Assembly (NCBI RefSeq): GCF_009914755.1
Contig: NC_060934.1
Strand: one strand, 5' to 3'
Origin: the human T2T-CHM13v2.0 reference genome, Homo sapiens
DNA length: 64,000 bases
A program made the translations under genes and the position numbers. A model generated the notes under the pieces. That model ran no database searches. It was not told the DNA's origin and saw only the letters and a program-made list of their open reading frames with translations. The number at the start of each line of letters is the position of its first letter. Within the stretch, counting starts at the first letter, position 1. Below are positions 36,430 through 52,990 of this stretch, piece by piece.

Positions 36430-37360
36430 TAAAGCACTTGTATTTTATGCTCACCTTTTAAGCAACATTAACCAAGAAGCAATCCAGTATTTTCCTTTCT
36501 AGAACATGAGACGGAACATTTGGTTTACTTGGACTTTGAGAAATGCCCAATGGTTCTGTTTTATTTTTTTAAGCCAGTGACTTTCTATACTTCTCAATGC
36601 TGCATGGGCACCAACAGTATGGGGGCTACATTCTTCCATAAAGGGACAGGTTCTGGGGCGCTGCTTGGCAATGCTTTCTCTTGTCATATCCATCAATGCT
36701 TTTCCAATCAATACATGGAAGCAACGATAGAAATAAAAGGCCTTCATATGATAGAGTTTGCCAACCTGTAATGATGAGTGTCATGAATTTATGCATACAT
36801 GTAGCATTTCTCTTAGAAAGCAGGTTGCAGAGACTCATTGCACTGACTACAGTGGGCCTCAGGCAATGCAACTGTTCTGTTCCATTACCTACAGTGATCT
36901 CCCTTTTTTCTCTCATCCAGATCCTCTTCCAGAATTGAACTGAGAAATGGGTATTCTATGAGGAAAGCATTTCAGTGAATCTGTCTGAGAATGGCGAGGA
37001 AGGAAGAGCTCGGAATCCCTGGGCAATCTAATGGTATTTATGATAATGAAGAGTGAATATAATCTATTAAAGGGTGTTTCAAGCAAAGCGATGTCATTCC
37101 CCCAGACATCCTCAACACAGAGCCCACCAGAGAGCCTGCACACCAAATACCTCCTATAGTGCAACTCTTCCCTTTACCATCACCAGCCCCATCAACCCCA
37201 TGAGACAGGAGGAATGGCTTGCCCTTTAAACCTCCTCCTGGAAGTCCACAGCTACTCTCCTTACAGTCCTGAGACCCCATTCTCAGCTCCCTTCAGAGTC
37301 CACTCAACATTTTCCTTCTGGGCTTCTAGCGTTTGGGTCCTGGGAACTGGGGCTGCTTTA

Positions 37361-38031
<671 letters not shown>

Positions 38032-39121
38032 CTATTTCCATTGGCTCCTCCACCTATACTGGCCGTCTTTTCCCTGCTCCTTTTGGGGTCGTTTCAGAGC
38101 TCATGGTCTCAATATCAGCCTTCCTTCCAGAATCACTAGGCCAGGCTTTCACTGTTACCTCCTGAATCTCCAAAGCCCCTTCCCTTGGGGAGTGCCTCCT
38201 CCCAGATCCACAGCGCCTGACTCTCCAGCGTATTCCCAGCCCTAAACATGGACATGCAAATGAACTCGCCCAGATGTCATGGCTTCATTATTCTGGCCTA
38301 AGACTAGGACTTCTCTTTACATATCCCCTTGAGGAGTGATTTAACTGCCATTACCCTTTTCTCTAGCCCCCATTCCCCTTTCAAATGAGAAATAGAAAAA
38401 CAGAAAACATCCTCTAACCTTGGGTTTTTGACCTTGGCTCTGGGATGAAAGAGGAGATACCATCATCTCCTTGCATGCCATTTACTGGCTGGGAAATACT
38501 CCAGCATCACTGCTGCTCTGGGAATCAGGAGATCTGAGGGTAAATGATTTACAAAAACTTCAATGAATGAAACATTTGGTGGTTAACCGCTAAAGTTATT
38601 AACCTTACTTTTGTTTATAATCTGCAGGAATGGTTAACTAAAATTAACCCAACTCAACATGTGCTTGCAGAACATTCATGCTATATTGAAAGAAGCCAAA
38701 CAAAAGAAAGATTTCCAATCCTCAACATGGGTTTCCCAAACTGCCTTCATAGGACATCAATAGCTCCTAGAGCAGGGGGAAAGGGTGTACAAACACATCT
38801 GAGGGACCCTGAGTTAAACAAAGATCCTTTTCTTGGAGGTGGCACCTCTCAGAGATTTCAATACACCGATGGGAACTGTGAAACCCCAGATCTTCTAAGG
38901 CAGGTTCAAAGCTGTTTCTACTATACTATCTTGAGTCTCCAAAATGGTTTGGAATGTACTGCCTGCCACTGGAGACAGTAGCTGAATACACTTTATGCTA
39001 CAGAAATGTTTCTTGAAGGTTGTATGAGTTCAGAACATGCAGTTCATGAGCGTGGCTTCCCAAAGTGCCTTCCAAGTTGCAACAGAAATTCTACAAAATC
39101 CCGATTCAAGATACACATAAA

Positions 39122-39486
<365 letters not shown>

Positions 39487-41055
39487 TCAACACACACACT
39501 CAAACAAGTTACCTCATTTTAACAGTGTTCTCATTACTTTGTAAGAAGAAATATAATTTAATAAACTTACATGAACAAATGCTGCTTTCAAAAATCTGTT
39601 TAATAAGTGTGCACAAAAGAAAAGGTTTTCTGGTATTAAATAACCACAATCCGAAACTGCCTTATCAGGATTTTCAAATAGAAGAAAAACAAAACATGGG
39701 CCAAGGGAGATTATTAAATTTTAAACAGCAATGAAACATTTTACAAATAGTGTGCTTCTATTTAGCAATAATGTCGAGATTTGACAAATAAAGATGCTGA
39801 ACTTGTTTGATTCACAGCCTGAAAGTGACAGGGGACTTTCAGCCTTCTTCATTTTCAGGCTAGACTCCAGAACACATTCTTTGTGCGTTAGGTTCACTTT
39901 TCAGCAGAGGCAAACAGTGTGTACAATCACACTTTATCTTTGTTTCCATGAAAATGGAGTAAAAATGTGTGTATACTGATGCCCTGCTTTTTTTCTAATA
40001 CAGATTAAAAAGGGAAAGAGGAAGTAGGAATACGTCCTTAAGATTGATAATAAAGATGAGGCTCATTTTTATCTTCTACCTAGAGTCAAGTTTCTGACTT
40101 GTCTAAGCTTTCATTATTTACCTTGCAAAGAATTCTTTTAATCCCTGCAAGTGACCTCAGATTTTTTTTTAACCCAATAATCAGGAACTTAATACAGCAT
40201 GTGGTGTCAGAGGTCCTTATGAGTGACAACTGTGAAATGTTTGATTTATACACAAGTCAACAATGTTGTATTCTGAGAGAGAAGAGAATAATAATGAAAA
40301 AGATGTTCCTCAGAGCATGGTACCCTCAGAAATAGAGTTTAGGGACAGAGAAACCTAGAGTCATACCAGGATGGAAAGCCACCATCTGTATGGCATCTGC
40401 CACCCCCAGGTTGATGGGGCTTGTGGTATTATGCACACGTTCCTCCTAAGGCATAACTGGGCTGAAAAAGACCCAGATTTTTTTTTTTTTTAAAAGGACC
40501 AAATAGGGCAGTTTTATCATATACAATATATTTGCCCTCTACATGTGAAATGGAAAAAGCTGTGATGTCATACTCTAAAACCAGTGGTTGTCAACATACG
40601 GGGCTGTGGTGTTTGTAAGAGCACAAAACCACACACAGTAACATTTTCTCGGGGCTGCAAAAATCTGTGTCCCATGTACTTTTTCAATTTTAAGATGTAA
40701 CTTTTCTATTTCATATTAATATTTCTGAAATGGGGATATGTTTTATAATCCACACGGACTTATGATGTGGTTGTGTCTGGCCAGAAATGCTTCCTTAGAA
40801 CCAAGGAAATACTGTACATGCCAACTATTATTTTCAGCTCCATGGAAATATGGTTTTAGTTAATAAAATGTCAATTAAGTGTAAAGTATTAGTACACTGA
40901 CAGAACTAACATGTTTTCTCACAGAACTAACATAAGAGACTTCCCTCCCCAAGGATACAATGATTGCAGTGACTAAATGAATATGGGGCCACCTACAACT
41001 GTTTTGATAATAAGTTCTTAAACTCAAGGACTCAGGATCACTGTGTACCATGAAT

Positions 41056-41342
41056 TTTCTTTCTTTCTTTTTTTTTTGAGACAGGCTCTTGCCCTGCTGC
41101 CCGGCTGAGTACAGTGGTGTGATCACAACTTACTGCAGCCTCGATCTCTTGGGCTCAAGTGATCCTCCCACCTCAGCCTCCCAAGTAGCTAGGACTACAG
41201 TTGGCTATTATTTTTTTTTTTTTGGTAGAGGTGGTGTCTCACTATGTTGCCCAGAATGGCCTTGAACTCCTGGACACAAGCAATCCTCCTGCCGTGGCCT
41301 CCCAAAGTGTCAGGATTACATGTGTGAGCCACCGAACCTGGT
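41056..41342 (-). mobile_element. Alu (AluJ-type)
   Basis: antisense dimer with short internal deletion. Confidence 0.9.
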
Positions 41343-41882
41343 TGCTATCACCTTTATACAAAATAATTCAGGTCTGTGTTTCAAAGAGCCAGAGTTGGAA
41401 CAATGAGAGGATAAATCCCTAAAAAAGAAATATATGCAAATGGTCTTTGATCTATACTTTAATATTAGAACCTGAAATTGTCCTGGTATTCCTAAATTAT
41501 AGTTCATTTCATCTTTTTGGTGGCTTAAGCTGAAAAGATAGAAAGAGTATCTTTAGTTTCAATACATCAAAGGCCGTTGGAAATAGGGGGCAAAACCAGC
41601 ACTTTAATAAGCAGTAGGGGCCGGGTGCGGTGGCTCCCGCCTGTAATCCCAGCACTTTAATAAGCAGTAGGGGCCGGGTGCCGTGACTCACGCCTGTAAT
41701 CCCAGCACTTTAATAAGCAGTAGGGGCCGGGTGTGGTGGCTCACACGTGTAATCCCAGCGCTTTAATAAGCAGTAGGGGCTGGGCGCGGTGGCTCACGCC
41801 TGTAATCCCAGCGCTTTAATAAGCAGTAGGGGCTGGGCGCGGTGGCTCACGCCTGCAATCCCAGCGCTTTAATAAGCAGTAG

Positions 41883-42213
<331 letters not shown>

Positions 42214-42873
42214 TCACAGTGCCAAATAAATAAATTCCTATTTAAAAAACAAAGAATTCTTCTTAGCAAGCATACTACAAATGGCCCAATTAAACGCCTT
42301 TCACTTTGGAAACCTGAGGTCTGATCCAGACAAGGATGATCTGCTCAAAGTTTTAGAGCTACAGAAACAAAGTTTTCACCAGGATTTTACATATTCAAAC
42401 ATAAATTTAGTACAGGGGAAATTTAATAGTTCTATAATCTTAACACTGGTGTCTCTCAAAACACTAGCAGAATTTAATCTTGTTCTAAATCAAACCGGGA
42501 AGAGTTGAGAAAAGTCACTTATTTGTATGCTCTTTCCCAACAGTATAAAAATAAACAATATACATTATGTGCCTATCAAACTAAAAAATGAATACCAATT
42601 AATAAAGGAAACAGCAATTAGCAAAGTCATTAGTTTACATTCCTTCTTTTGCTTCTGCAGTTGTGGCTAATGATTTGTTTTGACAACTTTTACCTGTATT
42701 TTACTTAATGCTGATAAATAAATTCATGATACAGACCTAGTATTTTATATCAATTTTACCTGAAATAAAAGGAGACCCAGGACATTTGTGAGGAATATAG
42801 TCTCATAGTATTAAGAGACCCAAAATTCAATCCTATTAAACTTGTATTTTTAGCTAACAAGCAACACATTTAA

Positions 42874-44460
<1,587 letters not shown>

Positions 44461-46179
44461 CAGTTAATTTTTAGGAAGAGGGATGAAGGGATTTTGTTGT
44501 TGCTTGTACATGTGCGTGGCAGATACACCAAGGCTGGGGATGACATGGGCCTGTTGATGGGATGCAGGAGAGTCACAGGCCTCCCTCTGCCTAAAAGGCT
44601 TTGCTCACACACTGGTATCATGTCCCACTATATTGAAATTTCTGCCTCAATAAACTTATAAAGTACAGTGCATTGTGGAACTTTGAGTTCAAACTGCAAA
44701 TGCTGAACTCACTATGTCAAAGGCCCAACTGTCTGTATTAGTGCCTCTCCTTCATCCTAAATCGCCACCTCCATGCAGCCATGGATCCCATGTGTGACAC
44801 CTTCACACACTGTGAGCTGGCATCCTGTTAGGAGGAAGGTGGCTATTCGCAGCCCACTCCACAACCTCCCTCCTGGAGTTGTGCATACTTGGACGCATGC
44901 AATAAATGGGTTTTCAGTCTGAGGAGTGGTTTGGAGTAAACAATTCTGCAGGTCTTGATAGTGAGTGTATTTGGATACTGAGAGCACAGCAGCAAAGGGC
45001 ACCTCCCAATAACATGAGAGAGGTGACATGCAGAAGCTATCCAGTGTGCTCTGTGAGCCCAGAGGAAAGAATGTCACTCAGGAGTTTGACAATTGAGATG
45101 ATGGGCTACACCAACAAGGGTGTGAGATGGAGGGTGGGGAGGGCATGGGCTTTAATGCAGGACGACATCAACATTTCATGGTCAAAAAGGCCCCTCCCAG
45201 AATAGTCTAATGCTTTCAAATTTGCAATCTTGTCTATGCCAGTACGTCTCAAGCTTTTTAAGTGGCAGCACACCTACAAGTGATAGTGAGACGTGCACTG
45301 ACATCAAACATAAAGACGTTTACAATTTAGGGTTGGATAGAATTTATTTGGACGGTCTAGTAGGACACGCACCATGGACTAGAAACCTGTATAGGAGACA
45401 AAAGCTTTAAACTGTAATGTTTCCCAGGACAAATTGGGACAGCTCCCCCTAAATTCCATTTTTAGTAACAAAACACCTCTGCTTAGCTTACAAAAAGTCA
45501 TATTTGAGAACTGCTGGTTTATACTAATTTGTACAACAAATCTTATTTTCAATGGACTGAAGGGTATGCTTTAGAAGCCGCTCTCTGTCTAAATCACTAC
45601 AAAATCCAAATGAGCAAAGTATAAAATAGAGGTTTCGTAATATACATCTTTAAAACGTTATTCGAGAGTTTTTTTCCTCCCCGCAATTGCTGGCAATAGC
45701 CACTGTTGTATGCTTAGCTCTACTATGCATTAAAGAAGATTTCTGATCGGATCCATGGAATTATTTAAGAGTTTAATGTGGAAGACTTTGCTCATGGTAA
45801 AAACAAATTAATTAATTCAATCTGCCTTCAAAGCAACAGGAAGAAAGTATCAGAGAGGGAAAAGTGATACCATCCCAGCACAGGAACAAGACCAGCTGTG
45901 CCAAAGTTATCAGCGAGTATGCAGAGCTGGAGATAAGCCTGCAGGGAAACCTGGGACTTCTGAGGATGCTCTTAATATACCCTGGCACATCACGACGGAA
46001 AAGGGACCCTTCTGAAAAGACAAAGAGGTGGGACATCACTGCCTAGACAGAGGGAGACTCGCAGCTTGCATGTTCATTTGCTCATGAAGGTCGACTTCCT
46101 TCCCTATCTGACCCCGGGCAAACACAGGGCTACGACGGCAGTCTGCCATGGCCTGAATGCTGCTCAGATAACCCTTGAT

Positions 46180-46310
46180 CCCAGCATCAGAATCCCAGAG
46201 TTTATTACTGGATTCCAGAGCTCCTGATCCACTAGTTCTGCAGCAGGACCCAGGAATCCACATCTTTAACTAGCAACCCAGGACCTGGATGCAGAAGGTC
46301 TTTATGCTAC
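46180..46310. mobile_element. MER5-like DNA transposon fragment
   Basis: acccaggaatccacatctttaactagcaacccagg motif. Confidence 0.5.
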
Positions 46311-46491
46311 TTTGATTGACATCATGAAATTGGGGCTACAAACCCTAAGCAATCTACGGGCAAGCCATCCTGAGAGTCGTTTCTCAACTTTTATCAACAG
46401 GACGGATTTGTTAACCTAATTGGGTGGCACACCTTCACTGGGAGAGGGTCTCATTAGCAGCCTAGTGCTACCAGTTGTTGTGTAACTGTTA

Positions 46492-46851
<360 letters not shown>

Positions 46852-47381
46852 TTATACCTAATTGGATTCAATTTCACATGCATCATTTTCACTAGCCCAG
46901 GTCACCACCACCAAAGTTACATCAACAAACTGCACAGCACAAAAGACTAGTGACAAAGAGAAAATAGACATGAATTTTAATTCAGATTTGAGACACTCTA
47001 GAAGGCAAGTCAGACCCTCTCCAGGCACATTTATCAGTGATTTTACAACGCAGTCAGTGCCTACATGGATTTTTGATCATTTGGAACCCTACTGAAAGTA
47101 TCTGGAAGACCGACCTTGGAGTCATGGCCCAGGGTGAAACCTGCCCTGTGTTTAACCCGTGAGCAAAGGTTCTGTCCTTACCATGCACACCCCACATTGG
47201 CACTGGGAGAACATTTCAAGACAGCACAAGAGGCTGCAGCTGAGTGGGTCCCCAGCCTGGCTGAATACTACAATCACTGGAAGAGACCTGATATAATTAC
47301 CTGTGGGCAGGGCCCACCAGACCAAGTGCTTAGAATCTTGGGTGAGTCCTGGGCATCATGTTGCTTTAAAATGCTCCCCAG

Positions 47382-48042
47382 AGCCTGGACAACACAGCAA
47401 GACCCCATCACTTAAAAAAAATAAAAATTTAAAAACTAGCTGAGTGCAGTAGCATGTGCCTGTAGTTCCAGTTACACAGGGGGCTGAGGTGGGAGGATCG
47501 CTTGAGCCCAGGAGTTCGAGGCTATAGTGAGCTATGATTGCACCACTGCAGGACCAGATGAGTGAGTGGCAGTTCTGGCCCTAAGGAGAGACAGACATGA
47601 AGACGTGCACCAGCTATCGCAATCCAGGGCGGGAAGTGTCTGGACCCTCAGCGCCTAGAACAGTGCTTGGATCACTGTGCCATTCCATAAATATTTTCTG
47701 ATTAAATAGCAAAGCTAAGCACACAGACCTGGGACAGGAGAACCAGAGAGGACGACATCTGAAGGGGACAACACCTGATGCTTTAGGAAGAGTGAAAATG
47801 ACTCCATTAAGCAAAAGCACCCTAGAGGAGTGACCTGTATAAAGGCAGGGTGGCGAAGGAGTGAGGATATATGTCATCCGTGAGGACATCCAGACAACAG
47901 CCACTGCACAGGCCGGTGGTCAGGAGAGAGGTCTGGACGGGGGACAGCCTTGGGCATCCGTCCAGGAGGGGGGCTGGGAACTGAACCTGGGCCCTCCAGC
48001 CTGGACGAGAGAGCAAGATCCATCTCTAAAAATAAAATAAAA
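47382..48042 (+). mobile_element. 5'-truncated AluJ split by 443-bp templated insertion, within a MER5-like remnant
   Basis: Alu parts 47382-47550 and 47994-48042; TSD taaaatgctccc(c)ag on both sides. Confidence 0.92.
47551..47993 (+). repeat. dispersed copy of 49440-49878
   Basis: ~93% identical by hand alignment. Confidence 0.97.
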
Positions 48043-48526
48043 TGCTCCCAGGTAATGATAATGTCCCAGGCTTGGGCCCCAAAAGGAATGTTTTTGTTCC
48101 TAAGACAGTCTCAAAAGTGGGCACTGTTTCCCCTGCTCTGCCTAACAAATGGAATGTTCAATAAATTATTGCTGAACTACACTGAACACATTTAAAGATC
48201 AGACAACTTCCATTTCTATAACAGGCAAGAAACCTCAGGGATGGAAGACTGGGTTGTCATTTGTGATCTCATCTCTGCAACTGTATGACTTTGTGACAAT
48301 TAGTGTCAGACCTTCATCTTTAAAGAGGTGCAATGAAAAAGCACTGCCTTCTCACTGATCCTACTAAAAAGTTTAGGGTTGAGAAGTTTGCTAAAAGTGC
48401 TGAGATTTAAATTGGCAAAAACAGGAGCTTCCACCAAAGAGTAGGCTCTCTGTCTGAAACATCACCAGGATTGAAAATTGAGAGCGAAAAACTGTTAATC
48501 CCAGCAACTGTCTTCTACCAGTTATA

Positions 48527-48928
48527 AGGGTGGCTATATTTGAGCCCAGGAGTTTGAGACCAACCTGGGCAACATAGCAAGACTTAGTCTCTACAAAAAA
48601 TAAACAAAATTATCCAGACATGGTGGCTCACTCCTAGAGTCCCAGTCCCAGCTACTTGGGAGGACGAGGTGGGAGGATCGCTTGAGCCCAGGTCAAGGCT
48701 GCAGTGACCAAAACTGCACCATTGCACTCCAGCCTAGGTGACAGAGCAACACTGTTTCCAACAACAAAAAAAGGATGCCCAGGTACATTCAAATTTCAGA
48801 TGACGAACAAATAATTTTGTGTAAATATGTCTCATGCAAAATTTGGAATATCTTTATATTAAAATTTTATTTGTTGCTTATCTGAAATGCAAATACAATT
48901 GGTGTCCTGTATTATAACTGGCAACCCT
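48527..48928. mobile_element. MER53 palindromic MITE, interrupted by truncated Alu
   Basis: agggtggc...ggcaaccct termini; aaatttcagat and atctgaaat inverted arms. Confidence 0.75.
48540..48772 (+). mobile_element. 5'-truncated AluJ
   Basis: begins ttgagcccaggagtttgagacc. Confidence 0.9.
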
Positions 48929-49439
48929 AGGGATAACAGCCCCAAAATAAATTGTCTAGCTATGTTGTCCTGTGTTTCAGACTTTGTTACTTTGTCTCAG
49001 TGGAAAAGGATGACAGTATTACTGGATAAAAACATTTGCGAATCTCATGTTTGTTTCCCAACAAAATGCTTTGATATTCATAGGCATAGGGGCCACCTAA
49101 GAATAAGCAGAATATTCGTCTCACAGTTACTTTTCAGAGCGGAGTTCTTCAGCCCTGAACAAAGGACACAGCAGAAAGGAAACACAGCTGAGCAAATCGA
49201 TGGAACAAAGGAAGCATTCAACTCACACCTTGCGTCATACACGCACAAAACTTCAGCTATCTGTAGAAGCCAGAAATGATGATGAAATTTGATCTGTTTA
49301 ATCTTGTAACTATGAAGTTCCACTTCCTATTTTTTGCTTCTGTGGGAGGTGAGGGGAAGACACACAGTAGAACTTAAGGAGAGAAGAGAACGAAGGAAAT
49401 TGGTACGATCACATTGACTTTTTCAGAAAACACTGCGCA

Positions 49440-49878
49440 GGACCAGATGAGTGAGTGGCAGTTCTGGCCCTAAGGAGAGACAGACATGAAGATGTGCACC
49501 AGCAATTGCAATCTGGGGCGGGAAGTGTCCGGACCCTCAGTGCCTAGAACAGGGCTTGGATCACTGTGCCGTTCCATAAATATTTTCTGATTAAATAGCA
49601 AAGCTAAGCACACAGACCTGGGATGGCAGAACGAGAGGGGATGACACCCAAAGGGGACAACACCTGATGCTTTAGGAAGAGTGAAAATGACTCCATTAAG
49701 CAAAAACACCCTAGAAGAGTGACCTGTATAAAGGCAGGGTGGCCGGGGAGTGAGGATATATGTCATCAGTGAGGATATCCAGACAACAGCCACTGCACAG
49801 GCCGGTGGTCAGGAGGGAGGTCTGGACGGGGGATAGCCTTGGGCATCCATCCAGGAGGGGGCTGGGAAGTGAAGCCCT
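49440..49878 (+). repeat. donor segment of 47551-47993 (contains L2-like pieces)
   Basis: direct repeat; L2 3'-end-like cagtgcctagaacagggcttgg...ataaatatttt. Confidence 0.95.
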
Positions 49879-50321
49879 GGTGCAAAGGAGATGCTCTAGA
49901 GAGGTCAGGCCTGGGATCCTAGGCCACGTCTTCCTCAAGCAAAGAGCAGGGTGCCCATCAGAAAACATACAGGTTCCTGGGCTCTAGAAAGCTGAGGAGA
50001 GCAAAGGTGCAAAGAAGACTAAGAAAGGACAGATCAGCCACATAAGGAAAGCCTAGAGAGGCCCCTGCCGTGGACAGCAGGACAGACTCCTGGGGTGACG
50101 GAGGCTCCAGTGTACAAGGAGAGCAGACCCAGAAATGTCCGCTGGATCTGGAGAAACGGGTTACTGTGATGTGATAGGGAAGGGACAGACAGCAGACAGC
50201 TAAGGCATGAGTTCCCCTTAAGCAAAGGGAAAGATTGTATAGACAGCCGCTTCTGTCTATGAATGGAATGAAGGAACAGGTGGAGGGGCTCTCCCATCAA
50301 AGCGGGGCTGCTTCACAGGTA

Positions 50322-50611
50322 TTTTTTGTTTGTTTAGAGACAGGGGTGTCTTGTCACCTAGGCTGGAATGCAGTGATCTCAGCTCACTGCAGCCTCCAAC
50401 TCCTTGGCTCAAGTGATTCTCCTGCCTCAGCTTCCCAAGGAGTTGGGACTACTGGTGCGCATCACCATGCCTGGTTAATTTATTTTTAATTTTTGTAGAC
50501 ACTGAGTCTTCCTATGTTGCCCAGGCTGGTCTTGAACTCCTGGCTTTAAGCAATCCTCCCGCCTGGCCTCCTGAAGTACTGGAATTACAGGTGTGAGCCA
50601 CTACGCCCAGC
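50322..50611 (-). mobile_element. Alu (AluJ-type)
   Basis: antisense dimer; TSD-like cacagg(t/c)at. Confidence 0.91.
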
Positions 50612-51771
50612 CCACAGGCATGTTCTTATGGTGGGAAGAGGCCTCAAGATCTGTATGAAATGAAGAGATGGAGCCACAGGCAGGAAAATGATTATACAGC
50701 TCCCGAATGAAAGCTCAAATGCTCTGAGCAAGAACTCACAGATCCTTTTTCTCAACTTCCTTTCCCTGCTATTCCATCCAGGAGATCCAGATGCCCCGTA
50801 GCAGAAACAAGCCGAGGTCCATCTGGACTACAGCCCACTCCTGATGTCCAGGCTCTTATCTGGCTGAGTGACTCTTCTAATACAGAAGGCGTGGAAATGA
50901 GTGTTTCAAGAGGTATGGGTCCAGGACACCCAACTCCACTGAATTCATTTAAAGACACAGAACAAAAATCAAAGCCCTGTGAACTAGGAAGGCAAGTGCT
51001 CACAAGGATAGCCATTTAAGTGATCCTCCAGAGTCTTCTGAGATTCTGCAAGCAGCTGAGAATCTCCAGGGAGGTAAATTACTAAAAAGCCACTGGAGAA
51101 TTCCATCGCTTTAGCAGTGTCCGAGCCACTTTCTACAGAGGGACAAAAGACACAGAGGGAGGGGTAGCTGGCAGAGCTGGCTGCTGTGCTATCTGGACAT
51201 GGTGCAAAAAACACGGCTTTTTGCTACGTCAACTGTAGTAAAAGAGATCTCAGGAAGACCTAGACATTTGTTAAAATTAAACAATTTTTTTTAAAAGAAT
51301 GGGAAAATCAGGCATTCTGCATCTCTGAGCAACAATAGCCAACTATTATTTCTTTAAATGAACCCCAAAGAGCACTCATAAAAGACTTATTCAAGATGCC
51401 ATTTGCACAATACTAAAAGATCACACGAACAGAACTCATAAAAATGTGCAAGCTTTATAGTTGATAACAGTCGAACTCCATTTAAAAAGAAAAAGCATAA
51501 AAGGGTGGTTCAACATGAAGTACAAACTGGACCTAGGACAACAGCAGTATTTCTGTTGCTCCCTGAAGCAGTTTTCATTGGGTCGGAAATCGATGCAGTC
51601 TGACTGGAGGTGACCTAAAAGCAGATGAAAGACAGCCAGGCCCAAAGTCCACAAACAGCATCGGTAAGACCTACTGAGAGTTTCTTATGCATATAATAAG
51701 TATGCAATACAATATTTTTATTGTTATGAACGGAGTCACCAAGTATTTACCTAGAAAAAGCTGCAGAATTC

Positions 51772-52118
<347 letters not shown>

Positions 52119-52196
52119 CTACCCCAATGCTTGACAAACTAAATCCACCACCTCTCTTGAAGCTAGGTTTTGAATAAAATGAGAATGACATTTTCT

Positions 52197-52490
52197 TTCT
52201 TTCTTTTGAGACGGGGTCTTGTTCTGTCACCCAGGCTGGAGTGCAATGGCACCAACTCGGTTCACTGCAATCACCACTTTCTGGGTTCAAGCGAGTCTCC
52301 TGGCTCAGCCTCCCGAGTAGCTGGGATTACAAGCGCCTGCCACCACTCCCGGCTAATTTTTTGTATTTTTAGTAGAGATGGGGTTTCACCATGTTGGCCA
52401 GGCTCATCTCAAACTCCTGACCTGAGGTGTTCCGCCTGCCTCAGCCTCCCAAAGTGCTGGGATTACAGGCGTGAGCCACTGTGCCTGGCC
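52197..52490 (-). mobile_element. Alu (AluS-type)
   Basis: TSD agaatgacattttct. Confidence 0.95.
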
Positions 52491-52514
52491 AAGAATGACA
52501 TTTTCTAGGTAGCC

Positions 52515-52649
52515 TTTTTTTTGGTTTAATGTATAGACAGGGTGTCACCATGCTGCCCAGGCTGGTCTTGAACTCCTGGGCTCAAGTGATCCTCCCGCCT
52601 CAGCCTCCCAAAGTGCTGGGATTACAGGCGTGAGCCCCCATGCCCGGCC
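52515..52649 (-). mobile_element. FLAM/left Alu monomer
   Basis: monomer with its own TSD tctaggtagc. Confidence 0.88.
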
Positions 52650-52819
52650 TCTAGGTAGCTTTCTTAAATTGAGATGTTAAAAGTCTAAGGGAAAAGGAGT
52701 GGCTTGTTTACCTGTAGGCAGAACTGACTGCAGTGTAACTAGGACCCCTTGCAGTCACCAGGGTCTATGACGGCGTCCTGGCTCTGCCCCTCTCTGTTCC
52801 TAACCATCAAGCCTGGATG

Positions 52820-52990
52820 TGCAGCCCTGCTACTTCGAGTGTGGTCCTCCAACCAGCAGCATCAGCCTCACGGAAGAGCTTGTTAACAGTACAGCCTCTC
52901 AGGGGCCACACGGGACCCTGAATTTGAATCTGCATTTAACAAGATCCCCAGCTGATTCCCATCCATGCTTCGTGACGCAGTTGAGCAGTG
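52820..52990. mobile_element. MER5-like DNA transposon
   Basis: gtgtggtcc...ccagcagcatcagc...gaatctgcatttaacaagatcccca. Confidence 0.7.

Noticed and set aside
47614-49968. Paralogous ORF pairs (MAVVW...) suggesting a duplicated gene
   Set aside because: A by-product of the 443-bp DNA duplication; L2-like content, and the shared reading ends at the duplication edge.
50782-50912. Plus-strand exon-like segment (pyrimidine tract-CAG ... AG|GTATGG, 131 nt)
   Set aside because: One open frame with no recognisable homology and no partner exons; indistinguishable from a pseudo-exon.
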